From Alphaproteobacteria bacterium (GTDB taxonomy: Bacteria; Pseudomonadota; Alphaproteobacteria; MPNO01; UBA830), in assembly GCA_965243135.1 (NCBI GenBank), contig OZ251539.1:3552001-3616000 (forward strand): 64,000 nucleotides of DNA. The letters are read 5' to 3'. Shown piece by piece: positions 51,746 to 62,362 of this stretch; within the stretch, counting starts at the first letter, position 1, and each line of letters begins with the position of its first letter. The notes under the pieces are model-generated. The model made no database searches and was not told the origin of the DNA. It saw only the letters and a program-made list of their open reading frames with translations. A program made the position numbers and the translations under genes.

Positions 51746-52001
51746 TGTCAGACGCTCCCATTCGCTGTGAACGCGCCACCAAAACGAATTACGCCGCCGG
51801 GAAGTGGGACGGCCGCCAACGCGAGTCTATCGGAGCGGCTTAAAAAATTTATGCGTGATGTCGATTCCTGTGGATAACGCTGGCGAGGGCCATGCCGTCC
51901 CGGAGAGCGGGTGGAGGCCGCCTTCAGGGACAGCTGTTGCGAACGTACCTTATCGCGGAGCTATGGAAGGCGGGTTAGTCCTGCCTGCGCTTCCTGGACC
52001 C

Positions 52002-52050
52002 GTAAGCGTTCGCTACCTTGGGGACGAAAAAATTTCGTCTGGGGACTGGG
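52002..52050 (+). repeat. solo IS66 left end
   Basis: GTAAGCGTTCGCTACCTTGGGGACGAAAAAATTT...GGGGACTGG, similar to 20839-20887. Confidence 0.75.
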
Positions 52051-52469
52051 CATGCGGTCCTGCTTGAGCTCTTTTGCGAAAGCCCCTTCACGGGTGCGCG
52101 CTGCCGCCCACCCGTCACCAGAACCAGCTTCATGCCCTCGACCGTGCCACCTGCGTCCAGAACGTCGTGCACCGGGGCGCAGCGGCGTTTGACATCCGCC
52201 GTGCCTTAGCGGCTACATATGGCGAGAGGCGTACCAAACTCTCATGATTGGAGCCTGTTCACCCCGTAGCATGTAACTTCGGGTATCGCTGTTCGGGCGT
52301 CGCGGCGTGAAGACAGGACGACACGGGGCAGCCCTCAGCGTCACGCTCCCGAACTCTCGAACGGCGAGCGCCGCCGCGAAAAAATCTTCGATTCGCGGAA
52401 CGGTTTCGTGCAGCCAGCGGCTCGGGATTAGTTCCACAACAAGGAGGCAGGAGCGGTCGAGGGTCTGGA

Positions 52470-52665
52470 TTTGGCACCATGCATCGCTTGGTCACGATGC
52501 TGGATGAGGAGCATCCACCGACATCGAGCTGCAGGTTCCGAGCACCCGATGCCTGGCCTCGGAAAGCTACGCTCGGTGCATCCCAGAAAGGAGATCAGCC
52601 GTATGACCGACTTCGCGTTGGGGCAATCCACCCGCAAGGTTGGCGAGATCTTGTTGGCCTGCCGC
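52470..52665 (+). pseudogene. IS256-family transposase fragment
   Basis: DIELQVP.TR...SYAR...FALGQSTRKVGEILL. Confidence 0.55.
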
Positions 52666-52671
52666 CTTCGC

Positions 52672-52758
52672 ACCTTGACTCACCGGCCAACCCGTCCTGA
52701 TATTGCCCCCGTGATGGAGATTGCCGACCGCCCGCACCGCGCGTCAAAGTTGATAGGG
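52672..52758 (+). mobile_element. IS30-family right-end remnant
   Basis: CCTTGACTCACCGG...GATTGCCGACCG...GCGTCAAAGTTGATAGGG. Confidence 0.7.
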
Positions 52759-52911
52759 ATTGGAAAATTGACGGACAAAAAATACCGAGTGATACGTCAA
52801 TTTATAAAACTTCTTGGAAAAGATTCAGATTTTGAGAAATCGATTTCTTGTTCTACCGATATTTCAGCAAGAGTAAGGAAGCAATTCAAGATGATCGACG
52901 AACTGATATAA
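52759..52911 (+). pseudogene. C-terminal remnant of a DUF262-like protein (Menshen NsnA-like)
   Basis: FIKLLGKDSDFEKSISCST....RVRKQFKMIDELI*, directly upstream of the DUF3696 ATPase. Confidence 0.55.
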
Positions 52912-52922
52912 GGTTGCCTGTG

Positions 52923-54023
52923 ATGCTTCAGAAAATTGGGATGAAAAACTTCAAGTGCTTCGAAGTCCAGGATCTGTCTTGTGCACCTCTAACCGTCCTA
53001 TGTGGCTTGAACGGTACGGGAAAAAGCAGTGTTATTCAGGCGCTCCTTGTGTTGCGCCAGTCAGCTGTTTCCAATGGTCTCAGCAAAGGACATTTAACTC
53101 TCGAAGGGGATTTAATCAATATCGGTACCGGACGCGATGTCCTGTTCGAAGAGGCAAAATCGGATATCATTGGATTCGAACTATGTGATTCAAATATTCA
53201 AGAGACTTGCATGTTACATTTTTCCTACTCTAGAAATTTTGATCGGCTGAGCAGAATTGATCACGAACCTGCGATGGAATGGATGAAAATTCCGCCTATG
53301 GGCGGCAATCTTGCGTATGTCAGCGCGGAACGTATTGGTCCATACAAGACGTACATCCAACCCGAAATTCGTATCAGCAAGCTCGGAATTGACGACCATT
53401 ACACTATCGATCATCTTCGCGACCGGCAAGATCAGGTTTTTCATTCAGGCGATTCACGCAACGCTGGCCTGCCGCACTTGAGGCTGTCCGATGTAATGGA
53501 CTACTGGCTACAGGAGGTCGCGCCTAGCGCGCATCTTGCACTTGAAACATCTCCCGATTCAGACGCGATCATTGCCGGTTTTTCATTTGATCTCCCAAGC
53601 GACGTGAAAACCAGACGGTATCGGACCACTAACTTCGGCTTCGGCCTATCCTACGTGCTTCCGGTTTTAGATGCGTTGTTGTCGCCCGCCGGTACGTTGT
53701 GTTTGATCGAAAATCCGGAGGCCCATCTTCATCCCAGAGGACAAACCAGATTAGCCGAACTGGCCGTTCGTGCATCCCGAGCAGGCGTACAGGTCATCGT
53801 CGAAACTCACAGCGACTATTTCGTGGACGGCATCCGCATCGCCGTCCGAAACGGCTTGATTCCGCCCGATACTACCGCATTTCATTATTTCGAACGCAAC
53901 GCTGGAAAGATTGTTGTTTCTTCACCGCAGCTGGATACGGACGGCCGTTTGTCTTCGCATCCGACGGGCTTTTTGGATCAACACGAGGAGAATATGGCCA
54001 AGCTTATTGCGCCGATATCTTGA
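52923..54023 (+). CDS. AAA ATPase with DUF3696 (Menshen NsnB-like)
   Basis: NFKCF, GLNGTGKSS, YVSAERIGP, NFGFGLSYVLP, IENPEAHLHPRGQ, VETHSD, GRLS..P.GFLDQ. Confidence 0.85.
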   Translation: MLQKIGMKNFKCFEVQDLSCAPLTVLCGLNGTGKSSVIQALLVLRQSAVSNGLSKGHLTLEGDLINIGTGRDVLFEEAKSDIIGFELCDSNIQETCMLHFSYSRNFDRLSRIDHEPAMEWMKIPPMGGNLAYVSAERIGPYKTYIQPEIRISKLGIDDHYTIDHLRDRQDQVFHSGDSRNAGLPHLRLSDVMDYWLQEVAPSAHLALETSPDSDAIIAGFSFDLPSDVKTRRYRTTNFGFGLSYVLPVLDALLSPAGTLCLIENPEAHLHPRGQTRLAELAVRASRAGVQVIVETHSDYFVDGIRIAVRNGLIPPDTTAFHYFERNAGKIVVSSPQLDTDGRLSSHPTGFLDQHEENMAKLIAPIS

Positions 54024-54025
54024 CA

Positions 54026-54308
54026 TGAGAGGACTAAATCTCGATCATCCTAGTGTCTATGAGACCGAATCCAATAATCCTGAAATTCTCGATTCGTTCT
54101 AGAACGTTATGAGAGGCATAACCTCTATCATAGATTATGGAATCGTAGAAAAATATCTGCGGGCGAAAACAGGTCTAACTTTCCTTGATACTTACGGACG
54201 AACGCGTCATGATCTGGCTCTCGAACCTCAACGAGGTGGTTACTGGAACGAATCCAGTTCTCGTTGGATTGACACCCAAAATTCCGCTGTCGAACGAATT
54301 AAGAGACA
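54026..54308 (+). pseudogene. third gene of the Menshen-like locus, decayed and cut by IS30
   Basis: ATG 2 nt after the ATPase stop; premature TAG at 54100; ends at the IS30 left IR. Confidence 0.4.
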
Positions 54309-55436
54309 CCGCTTCAAGTTTGAAGTGCAACATGCGTGATGGCCGACCGACCGTTTGCAGCAAGATGTTGCGGAGAGGTCAGGCGATGCGGATAGTAAGT
54401 CCAAAACGGAGATTGGACCAACAGCTATCATCGCCTGACCCGCAACGAACGTTGGCAGATGATTAAGGAAAGCGGCGAGGCCGCGAACTGATCCGCAACG
54501 CAAGCCAGCGCGACCAGGCCGGCCGGGCGCCACAGCGCGGCTTCGGCGCAGCCTCGGAACCCCGGAGCGTTGGGGGAAGTCGACGAGAGGCTGGCTCCGC
54601 GGTGGAGTCCGGACTCGGGATCCCGTGTGCACGGACATGATAATCGATGGAAACATTTGGAGAACCCGATCGAAATACGATAGGGTCCTGCCAGCGGCCA
54701 CGAGTTCACTGGTTGCCTTCAGGGCCAAACCATGGTGCTGCGGGACCATGCTGAAAAAACAGTATTCCCGGCCCGATCACCCTCAGGCGTGAGAGGAAAC
54801 GGAAACGCCCTCCTTCCAGGCGTGGCATCCTCGATTATTTTGCACCTGAAACTGCCGATTATCGTGACTGCTCACAGGTCGAGCGGTCGGCCACGAGTGG
54901 CAAGCGCGTGTGGAACGGGCTGGCGGAACACTGCGTCTGCGGCGGTGCGGCAAGAAGCGGAACTCGCGCGCCAAAGGGCAGGCGGGCCGCGGCCGGGTGG
55001 ACATACGCCCGAAGATCGTCGAGGAGAAGTCGCGGGTCGGGGACTGGAGGGGGACACGGGTTCGCGCCACCGGGGTGCCGTACCGTCGCTGGTGGACCGC
55101 CCTTCCATGTTCACGTTTCTGGCCCTGCTCGGCGGCAGGACGGCCAAGGAAGCGGGCCACGCATGTGTCCCGTACAAGGGGTTCGTGCGCACGACTACAA
55201 CGGCAAGGAGTTTGCAGCCCACAGGGCGGTTGCCAAGGCTCTGGAAGCGTTGTTCTTCTTCGCGCAGCCGCGCGGGAGCGCGGCCTGAACGAGCACGGGC
55301 TGGTCCGCCAGCACAAGGCGACCGACTTTCGCACCCCTCCGCCTTGACATCTTGACTTACGCCGGCCCGGCCCGATAATGCCCTCACGAGAGGGATTGTC
55401 GACCGTCGGCGTCGCGCTTCGGAGTTGATAGGCGGC
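54309..55436 (+). mobile_element. IS30-family element, decayed
   Basis: Left IR CCGCTTCAAGTTTGAAGTGCAAC, right IR GTCGCGCTTCGGAGTTGATAGGCGG; fragments SYHRLTRNERWQ, RVGDWEGDT, D.GKEFA.H, GLNEH-GLVRQ..KATDF. Confidence 0.85.
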
Positions 55437-55458
55437 GGCGATACCGATCTGGAACGCT

Positions 55459-56162
55459 TTGGAGAGAGAAATGGGAAAAATTGTCCCTTGGGACAGCCCA
55501 AGGCGTAACCACGGTGCGGCAACATCGGATTTCGCGAAGATCGCCGCCGACGTGCAGTCGCGTGGTCTGCCCAAACCAGGGAGTAGCGGCAACTTCCAGA
55601 TCACGATCCGGAATCCTTCCTAATCAAGTCGCCCGTGCACGGTGTACCTCGGAAAGCGCAGAAGGGAACGGGATCACCAACCCGGCGAACCTTGGTACAT
55701 CGAGTGGGAAACGCCGGGATCTCTTCCAAGAGCTCAGCGCATGAGAAAATATTGTTTTGCCAATCCGATCGATGTGATCAAGTGGCTCCGAACTTCCAAC
55801 TTCTGATTGTCATTCCGATTGCCGATGACGCTCCCTGCTGTTTCTTTCCGCAAATCACGTCCGATGCTTTATTGAGAGAAAATTGACCGTGAATTTGGTC
55901 CGTTATGGCAATGAATACTCCAATATATGTAATCAACCTTGATACGGATGGCGTCGATAACGAAACGTCTAAATCATCTAAAACTCCTTTTTAAGCGTTT
56001 TCCGCCTACCGAGGGAAAAATATACCAGACCGTCCACAATCGGACTTTCCCAATCGGCCTTGTTCCCTTCAGGATGGAGAAGTCGGCTGCTATGCGAGTT
56101 ATCTTGATTGATTGAAGCGTTTCATTGATACCGGACCGCCCAGAGATAATACTGGAAGTCGA
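55459..56162 (+). pseudogene. decayed duplicate of 29432-30157 (111-aa gene + 5' part of GT25)
   Basis: Colinear high identity, with stops and small deletions (TAA at 55621). Confidence 0.92.
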
Positions 56163-56672
56163 AATACATCGGACCGCATCTACCCCCTCCGATCATGTGC
56201 CGACAATCGCTAGTCCGTCATGTTCTACGCTCGTGGTTTGCGGCAGCTTTGTTTCGGTCCCGCTACGCGGGCTTGACTTGGATTGTGGTTCATGTGGCTG
56301 TATTCTGCCGTGAATGACGAATGGTTCTAGAACCACGTCATTCAGGATCTGCAATGCCTGCATCGCTCGGGCTGCCGGCGAACGAACCGTTCGTTTTTCA
56401 TGGCGGGGCATGCCGTTCGCGCTTCGGGCTGTATAGGGTCGCCGAAAGCGAACTCAAGCCGTAGCGAGGTCAACGCGCTTCTCGCGGTTTGTGCTCGACA
56501 GAGATGTCAGCGGGCGCTGCGATAGCCAACCTGCTCCCGCTGTCTCGTCCAGCGGGCGGCGGAGTATGGTTTGGTAGCCATGGCGGCGGCTCAGTGTCCG
56601 GCACGATGAAGTTCTCGGCAAATTCCGGCTCCGTTTCGGAGCGTCTATGACATGCGGGCGACAGCCCGCCGA

Positions 56673-59078
56673 TCACGATCTCAGCCGCAGATTCTTGGGA
56701 TCGTAAAGCGCCTCGCCGAGCACCTTCGCTGCGCGCCGATCGCCAAGTATCGTCACTTCGAGTTCGGTGCCCGGCTCCGCGAAACCCGGTTCGACGTATG
56801 CGAAGGCGATGCTCCGGCGCACGGCATGGCCGTAGGCGCCGCTCGTGGTGAGGCCGACGACGCGGCCGCCGGCGTACACCGGTTCGTTGCCGTGAGCGTC
56901 CGCGTCCGCGGCGTCGACGGCAAGGTAAGCCAGACGGGTATCGCCCCCGTTGCGGGCGCGCTCGGCGAACGCCTCCTTGCCGATGAACGGGCTTGCCGGA
57001 TCGACGAACCGCTCCAGCCCGCTCTCGACCGGCGTGATCTCGGTCGTGAGCTCCAGCCCCCATTCCTTGTACGCCTTCTCCATCCGAAGCGAATTGACGG
57101 CGTACAACCCGAAATCCCGAACGTCGTACGCGGCTCCGGCCTCCATCACCGCATCGTAGAGCTCCGGCATGCGGGCCGCCGGATGATGAAGTTCCCAGCC
57201 GAGCTCGCCCACGTAGGAAACCCTCAGCGCCCGCGTCGGAATCCCGGCGACTTCGATCTCTCGCGCAGACAGCCAGGGGAACGCTTCGTTTCCGAGGTCC
57301 GCGCCGGTCAGGCTGGCCAACAGTTCCCGGGACCGCGGACCGGCCACCGCGAGGACGCAGTAATCGTCGGTCACGTCGTCGATCGCCGCGTCCTCGCCAG
57401 CGCGGCGGTGAAGCGCCAGCCAGTCGCGGTCGTGGAGACGCGCCGCGGAAGCCGATAGCAGATAGAACCGGTCCCCGCCGAGCCGCGTGATCGTGAACTC
57501 GCTTTCGATGCCGCCGAGTTCGGTGAGCGCATGGGCGAGAACGATGCGGCCGTCGCGCGGCGGCCGGTTGGCGACGACCCGGTCGAGAAAGGCGGCCGCA
57601 TCGCGCCCCGAGACCTCGAACTTCGCGAAGCTGGACAGATCGAGCGCGCCTGCGCGCTCGCGCACCGCTCTGCATTCCTCCGCCACCGGTTCGAACCAGT
57701 TCATGCGGCGAAAGCCGTAGCGCTCCCCGGCGCCTTCCTTGTCGAACCACTTCGCCCGTTCCCAGCCGAAGGTCTCGGCGAACGCGGCGCCCCGCGCCGC
57801 CAGCCTGTCGTGGATCGGCGCGGTCCTGACCGGACGCCCGGCTTCCCGGTGCTCGCCCGGATAATGCACCTGATACATCTGGTGGTACTCGTCGATCGCC
57901 TTCGCCACGCCGTAATCGCCGACCGCCCAGTCGCCGAAACGCCTGGCCTCCATTTCGCGCACGTTGATCTCGGTCTGGCCGTGAACCATCCACTGAGCCA
58001 GATACTTCCCGGCGCCGGGGCCCTGCGTGATCCCGATGCCGGCGCCGCAGCACATCCAGAAGTTCGGCAAGGCCGGACCGATGAGAAACCCGCTGTCGGG
58101 CGTATGGGTGATCGGTCCGCTGACGACCCGGCGGATGCCGGCGTTCGCGAACGCGGGGATCCGTTCGGCCGCGAGCTCGAGCCACGGAAATAGCCGGTCG
58201 ATGTCGGGCGGCAGCAGTTCGGTGTCGAACGACCAGTCTATCCCGTCGAGCGCCCACGCCTGCGCGCCCTCCGTCTCGTAGGGACCGACGATCAGGCCGT
58301 CCTGCTCCTGGCGATAGTAGCAGGAAGCGCGAGGATCCCGGACGACCGGCGGCTCCCGTTCGAGAGCCGCCACGGAGTCGAGGTTTTCCGTGACCAGATA
58401 CTGATGGACCATGTTCACGATCGGCACCTTGAGGCCGACCATCGCGCCGATCCGGGGCGCGAACCCTCCGGCGGCGTTGACCACGTGCTCGGCGGCAATG
58501 GTTCCGTGCTCGGTCGCGACGTCCCATGTCCCGTCGGAACGCCGGCCGATGTCGAGGACCCGGTTGCGGAGATGGATCTCCGCTCCGCCCGCGCGGGCGC
58601 CCGCGGCCATCGCCATCGTGCTGCTGGCGGGATCGGTGTGGCCGTCGCCCGGAGTGTAGGCGCCCAGCAGCACGCCCTCCGTATCGAGCAGAGGGTGCAG
58701 TTCGGCGATCTCGGCGGGGCCGACGAGGTGGCACTCCGCTCCGACGCAGCGCAGAACGCCCTGAACGTAGCGAAACCAGTCGGCCTCGTCCTGGTTGGTC
58801 GCGAGCCGGATCGAGCCGCATCCGTGCCAGCCGGTCGCCTGACCGGTCTCCTCCTCCAGCCTCTTATAGAGCTGGGAGGCGTAATGGTGGACCTTGGCCA
58901 TGTTGAGGCTGCCGATGAAATGCGGCGTCAGTCCGGCGGCGTGCCAGGTGGACCCCGAGGTGAGTTCGCCCTTTTCCACCAGGACGAGGTCCGACCACCC
59001 CTCCCTGGCCAGATGATAAAGGGCGGAGACTCCCATGACGCCGCCGCCGATGACGACGACGCGCGCATGCGACTTCAT
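56673..59078 (-). CDS. dimethylglycine/sarcosine dehydrogenase-like FAD oxidoreductase (DAO + GcvT)
   Basis: VVIGGGVMG, ELTSGSTWHAAG, HQYLVT, SYVGELGWELH, SLRMEKAY. Confidence 0.93.
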   Translation of the reverse strand: MKSHARVVVIGGGVMGVSALYHLAREGWSDLVLVEKGELTSGSTWHAAGLTPHFIGSLNMAKVHHYASQLYKRLEEETGQATGWHGCGSIRLATNQDEADWFRYVQGVLRCVGAECHLVGPAEIAELHPLLDTEGVLLGAYTPGDGHTDPASSTMAMAAGARAGGAEIHLRNRVLDIGRRSDGTWDVATEHGTIAAEHVVNAAGGFAPRIGAMVGLKVPIVNMVHQYLVTENLDSVAALEREPPVVRDPRASCYYRQEQDGLIVGPYETEGAQAWALDGIDWSFDTELLPPDIDRLFPWLELAAERIPAFANAGIRRVVSGPITHTPDSGFLIGPALPNFWMCCGAGIGITQGPGAGKYLAQWMVHGQTEINVREMEARRFGDWAVGDYGVAKAIDEYHQMYQVHYPGEHREAGRPVRTAPIHDRLAARGAAFAETFGWERAKWFDKEGAGERYGFRRMNWFEPVAEECRAVRERAGALDLSSFAKFEVSGRDAAAFLDRVVANRPPRDGRIVLAHALTELGGIESEFTITRLGGDRFYLLSASAARLHDRDWLALHRRAGEDAAIDDVTDDYCVLAVAGPRSRELLASLTGADLGNEAFPWLSAREIEVAGIPTRALRVSYVGELGWELHHPAARMPELYDAVMEAGAAYDVRDFGLYAVNSLRMEKAYKEWGLELTTEITPVESGLERFVDPASPFIGKEAFAERARNGGDTRLAYLAVDAADADAHGNEPVYAGGRVVGLTTSGAYGHAVRRSIAFAYVEPGFAEPGTELEVTILGDRRAAKVLGEALYDPKNLRLRS

Positions 59079-59154
59079 CGACGGAGCCCCTGCGCTTGGC
59101 GCCGTTCTTCGGCGCCTTCGGGAGTCATTTCGCCGGCCCCTCCGTTCCCGCGCC

Positions 59155-60246
59155 TCAGAAACTGACCTTGCTGTAGATGTGCTTCTCCAGCGCGGCGGCG
59201 TATGCCCCCTCGTCGGCCCCGACCTTGTCGACGATGCCTTCCCACTTCCTGAGCATCGCGAGGTGTCGCTCGATCAGCCGCTCGGGATCCTTTACGCCGC
59301 GTTTTCGCATGTCCGCCGCAACGGCGTCCTTCTCGGAATCGCGGTACTTCCGCAACGCGTCGACAATGTCCGTTCCGGGCTTGCGAAACCGAATGCCCTC
59401 GTTCTTCAACGTCGCGGTGATCTCCGCGCCGCGCGTCTGGTAGGCATTGGTGTAGCGCGCCGACCATACGGGCAGCATTTTCTTGAGCTCGGCCTTCTGC
59501 GCCGCGTTCATCTTCGCCAGCGAATCGCGGTTGACCACGAACCATCCGAGTCCGTGGAAAACCCCAAGGTCGTGGTCCATGACCGTCTTGGCGATGTCTT
59601 TCAACCTGAGCGTCGTCATCCAGTCGATCGGACCGAAGGTGCAGTCGATCTGTCCCTTTTGCATCGCCTGGTTGATCGCGGGCGGGTTCATGTTGACGCC
59701 GATGCCGCCCAGCGCGGCGATCATCCGGGTCGCCATGCCGCCGGTCACCCGCGACCGGCGGCCCTTGAGGTCGGCCAGGCTCTCGATCGGCTTCCGGCAG
59801 ATGAGCTTCCACGGAGTCGCTCCGAAACCGGCCAGCCAGACCGCGTTGTAGCGCGCGAGATCGGCGCGGCATTCGGGGCAATCGAGAAGGATGGTCTCGT
59901 CCGTCGCGGCCTGAGCCGAACGCCCGTCCCGGGCGAACGGCAGCAGATCGGGCAGCATCGCGAGATGAGGTATCTCGCTCGCATTGATCGAGGGCACGAT
60001 GAAGCCTGCATCGACCACGCCGTCGCGGATTCCGCCGAGCGTCGCCCGCGCCCCGAGAAGCTGCCCGCCGGAATACACCTTCATCTTGACGGCGCCCGCC
60101 GTGCGTTTCTCCAGATCCTGCGCGAACTTGGGAAGAATCTGCCCTTCCATCGATTTCGGCGGCATCCAGTTGTTGTATTTGAAGTCGACGGCCAGCGCCG
60201 GAACGGCGGCCCACGACAAGAGAGCAAGCAGCAGCAGTCGTTTCAT
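59155..60246 (-). CDS. dctP: TRAP transporter substrate-binding protein
   Basis: Signal peptide; GGQLLGAR..L.GIRDGVVD; DLKGRRSR. Confidence 0.9.
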   Translation of the reverse strand: MKRLLLLALLSWAAVPALAVDFKYNNWMPPKSMEGQILPKFAQDLEKRTAGAVKMKVYSGGQLLGARATLGGIRDGVVDAGFIVPSINASEIPHLAMLPDLLPFARDGRSAQAATDETILLDCPECRADLARYNAVWLAGFGATPWKLICRKPIESLADLKGRRSRVTGGMATRMIAALGGIGVNMNPPAINQAMQKGQIDCTFGPIDWMTTLRLKDIAKTVMDHDLGVFHGLGWFVVNRDSLAKMNAAQKAELKKMLPVWSARYTNAYQTRGAEITATLKNEGIRFRKPGTDIVDALRKYRDSEKDAVAADMRKRGVKDPERLIERHLAMLRKWEGIVDKVGADEGAYAAALEKHIYSKVSF

Positions 60247-60277
60247 GTCCGGTTTCCTCCCTCGGTACGCCCCTATC

Positions 60278-61585
60278 CTATGGCATAAGACTGGGCAGAT
60301 ACAGCGAAATGCCGGGAAAGGCGATCAACGCCGCGACGATCGCGGCCTCGCACCCGAGAAACCAGAGCACCCCCCTGAATATCGTCTCCAGCGGCACCTC
60401 GTCGCCCACGATCGTCTTGACGGCATAGACGTTGAGTCCGACCGGCGGCGTCATCAGGCCTATCTCGACGTACTTGACGATCAGTATTCCGATCCATACC
60501 GGGTGCAGCGCGAGCGCGTCGAACAGCGGCAACATGATCGGGAGCGTGAGCAGCATCAGGCCGATCGGATCCAGAAACATGCCGAGGACGAGATAGATCA
60601 GCGAGGCGCCGACGACCAGCAGAATCGGATCGACCGCCCAATCGCCCATCAAGCCGGCCAGGTACCCCGGCATTCCGCTCAGCGCCATGAACCGCGTCAG
60701 CAGAATCGCGCCGACGGCGACGAAGAAGATCGTGGCCGTGCTTTCGATCGCCTCGAGCACGCTCCGGCGCAGGACGCGCCAAGACATGCGGCCCTGCAGC
60801 GAAGCGACGACGAAAGCCAGAAAGGCGCCGAACGCGCCCGCTTCGGTTGGCGAAACCACGCCGCCATAAATCCCGCCGATGACCGCGACGACCAGCACGG
60901 GAAGCGGCCATATGGTGCCCAGCACCGCAAGCTTTTCGCGCATGTCCGCCCGTTCGCCAGTGCGCGGCGCAAGGCGCGGCGCAAGGCGGCAGCGCCCAAC
61001 GATCATGACCGCGTAGACTCCGGCGGTGAGCAGCCCCGGCAAAATGCCAGCAATGAAGAGCTGCGCGACGGATTGCTCGGAGAAGACCGCGTAGAGGATC
61101 ATCAGCACGCTCGGCGGGATCATCGAGCCGAGATTGCCGGCCGACGCCACGACGCCCGTCGCAAGGCCTTTGTCGTAGCCGTAGCGCAGCATCTCGGGAA
61201 TCGCGATCCTGCCCATCGCCACCGTAGTCGCCAGACTCGAGCCGGAGGCGGCGGCGAAGCCGGCGCAGGCGAAATTGCTGGCGACCGCGAGTCCGCCGGG
61301 AAGAAAGCCGAGCCACAACCGCGCCGCGCGATAGAGCGTGGCCGTCATGCCGGAATGGTGGGCGATGGTCCCCATCAGAAGGAACATCGGAATCGCCGAC
61401 AGTTCCCACCGCGCCGAAAATTCGAACGGCAGCACGCCCAGCAAGCCGAACGCGGGCCCGGTTCCGAGGAATCCGATCAAGCCCGCGAGGGCGACGAGCC
61501 CGAGCGCCAACCCCACCGGAACGCGAAAGGCGATCAGAACCAGGATCGCCGCGACGCCGGCGAAGCCGGCCGCTACGTCGGACAC
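60278..61585 (-). CDS. dctM: TRAP transporter large permease
   Basis: AIPMFLLMG, SGSSLAT, GSMIPPS, PTEAG, TPPVGLN. Confidence 0.95.
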   Translation of the reverse strand: MSDVAAGFAGVAAILVLIAFRVPVGLALGLVALAGLIGFLGTGPAFGLLGVLPFEFSARWELSAIPMFLLMGTIAHHSGMTATLYRAARLWLGFLPGGLAVASNFACAGFAAASGSSLATTVAMGRIAIPEMLRYGYDKGLATGVVASAGNLGSMIPPSVLMILYAVFSEQSVAQLFIAGILPGLLTAGVYAVMIVGRCRLAPRLAPRTGERADMREKLAVLGTIWPLPVLVVAVIGGIYGGVVSPTEAGAFGAFLAFVVASLQGRMSWRVLRRSVLEAIESTATIFFVAVGAILLTRFMALSGMPGYLAGLMGDWAVDPILLVVGASLIYLVLGMFLDPIGLMLLTLPIMLPLFDALALHPVWIGILIVKYVEIGLMTPPVGLNVYAVKTIVGDEVPLETIFRGVLWFLGCEAAIVAALIAFPGISLYLPSLMP

Positions 61586-61587
61586 GT

Positions 61588-62085
61588 TCAGCGTCGGCCG
61601 GCGGCGGGGAACGCCAAACGAACCGCCTGCAGGAACGCATAGCAGCCCATTGCCCCGACGCCGACGGGAACGAACCAACGGGCAGGAAAGATGTACACGA
61701 AGTAGCCTGACGTCTGGACCGATTCCACGATGTCCAGGCTTCTCAGCGCGTCGATGGAGGAACGCCAGACCAGCAAACCGGCGAAACCGGCCATCGCAAG
61801 ATAAGTCAGCGCGCCGGTTATCCGGAGCGTCGCCGGAGACAAGAAGCGAACGAGCAGTTCCGCCGCTATATGCCCGTCGGCGCGCTGCACATGGGCGAGC
61901 GGAAAGAAGATCAGTCCGACCATGTAGTAGTGCGCGACGATCTCCAACGTTCCCGCGACCGGAAAATTGAACAGGAACTTGGCGATTACGTCGACGACCA
62001 CGTGCAAAGCCATCAACACGCCGACGACGATGCCGAGGTCGACCAGGCGATCCGCTACGGCATCGAGCGCCCGCTGGAGGGTCAT
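61588..62085 (-). CDS. dctQ: TRAP transporter small permease
   Basis: 4 TM; GTLEIV..YYMV, GHIAAEL. Confidence 0.9.
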   Translation of the reverse strand: MTLQRALDAVADRLVDLGIVVGVLMALHVVVDVIAKFLFNFPVAGTLEIVAHYYMVGLIFFPLAHVQRADGHIAAELLVRFLSPATLRITGALTYLAMAGFAGLLVWRSSIDALRSLDIVESVQTSGYFVYIFPARWFVPVGVGAMGCYAFLQAVRLAFPAAGRR

Positions 62086-62362
62086 CGAGATCTCCCGGAT
62101 CATGCCGGACGCGGCGCGTCTACCGCATGCGGAATTCAATACGAAAAACCGACGGGACGCCAGCCGAATCCGCGGCGCCGGTTTCACGAGCGAAACCGGC
62201 GCCGCGCGTCGTCCTGCGCAATGACGCTTGCCGGACATCCCAGCCGCCGGACTCGCAGTGCGGCGGCGCAAGCTCCAGAGCCGCCTACCCAACCCCGCCC
62301 GGCGCATGTCGTTCCCTGGCGACCCCGGCATCGCCGGGCGCCGCCGGAACGCCCGGCGACCG

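Noticed and set aside
9750-55436. Recurrent motif as integron attC sites
   Set aside because: It lacks the RYYYAAC/GTTRRRY palindromic structure and matches the IR of the IS30 remnant at 54309-55436. No intI is present.
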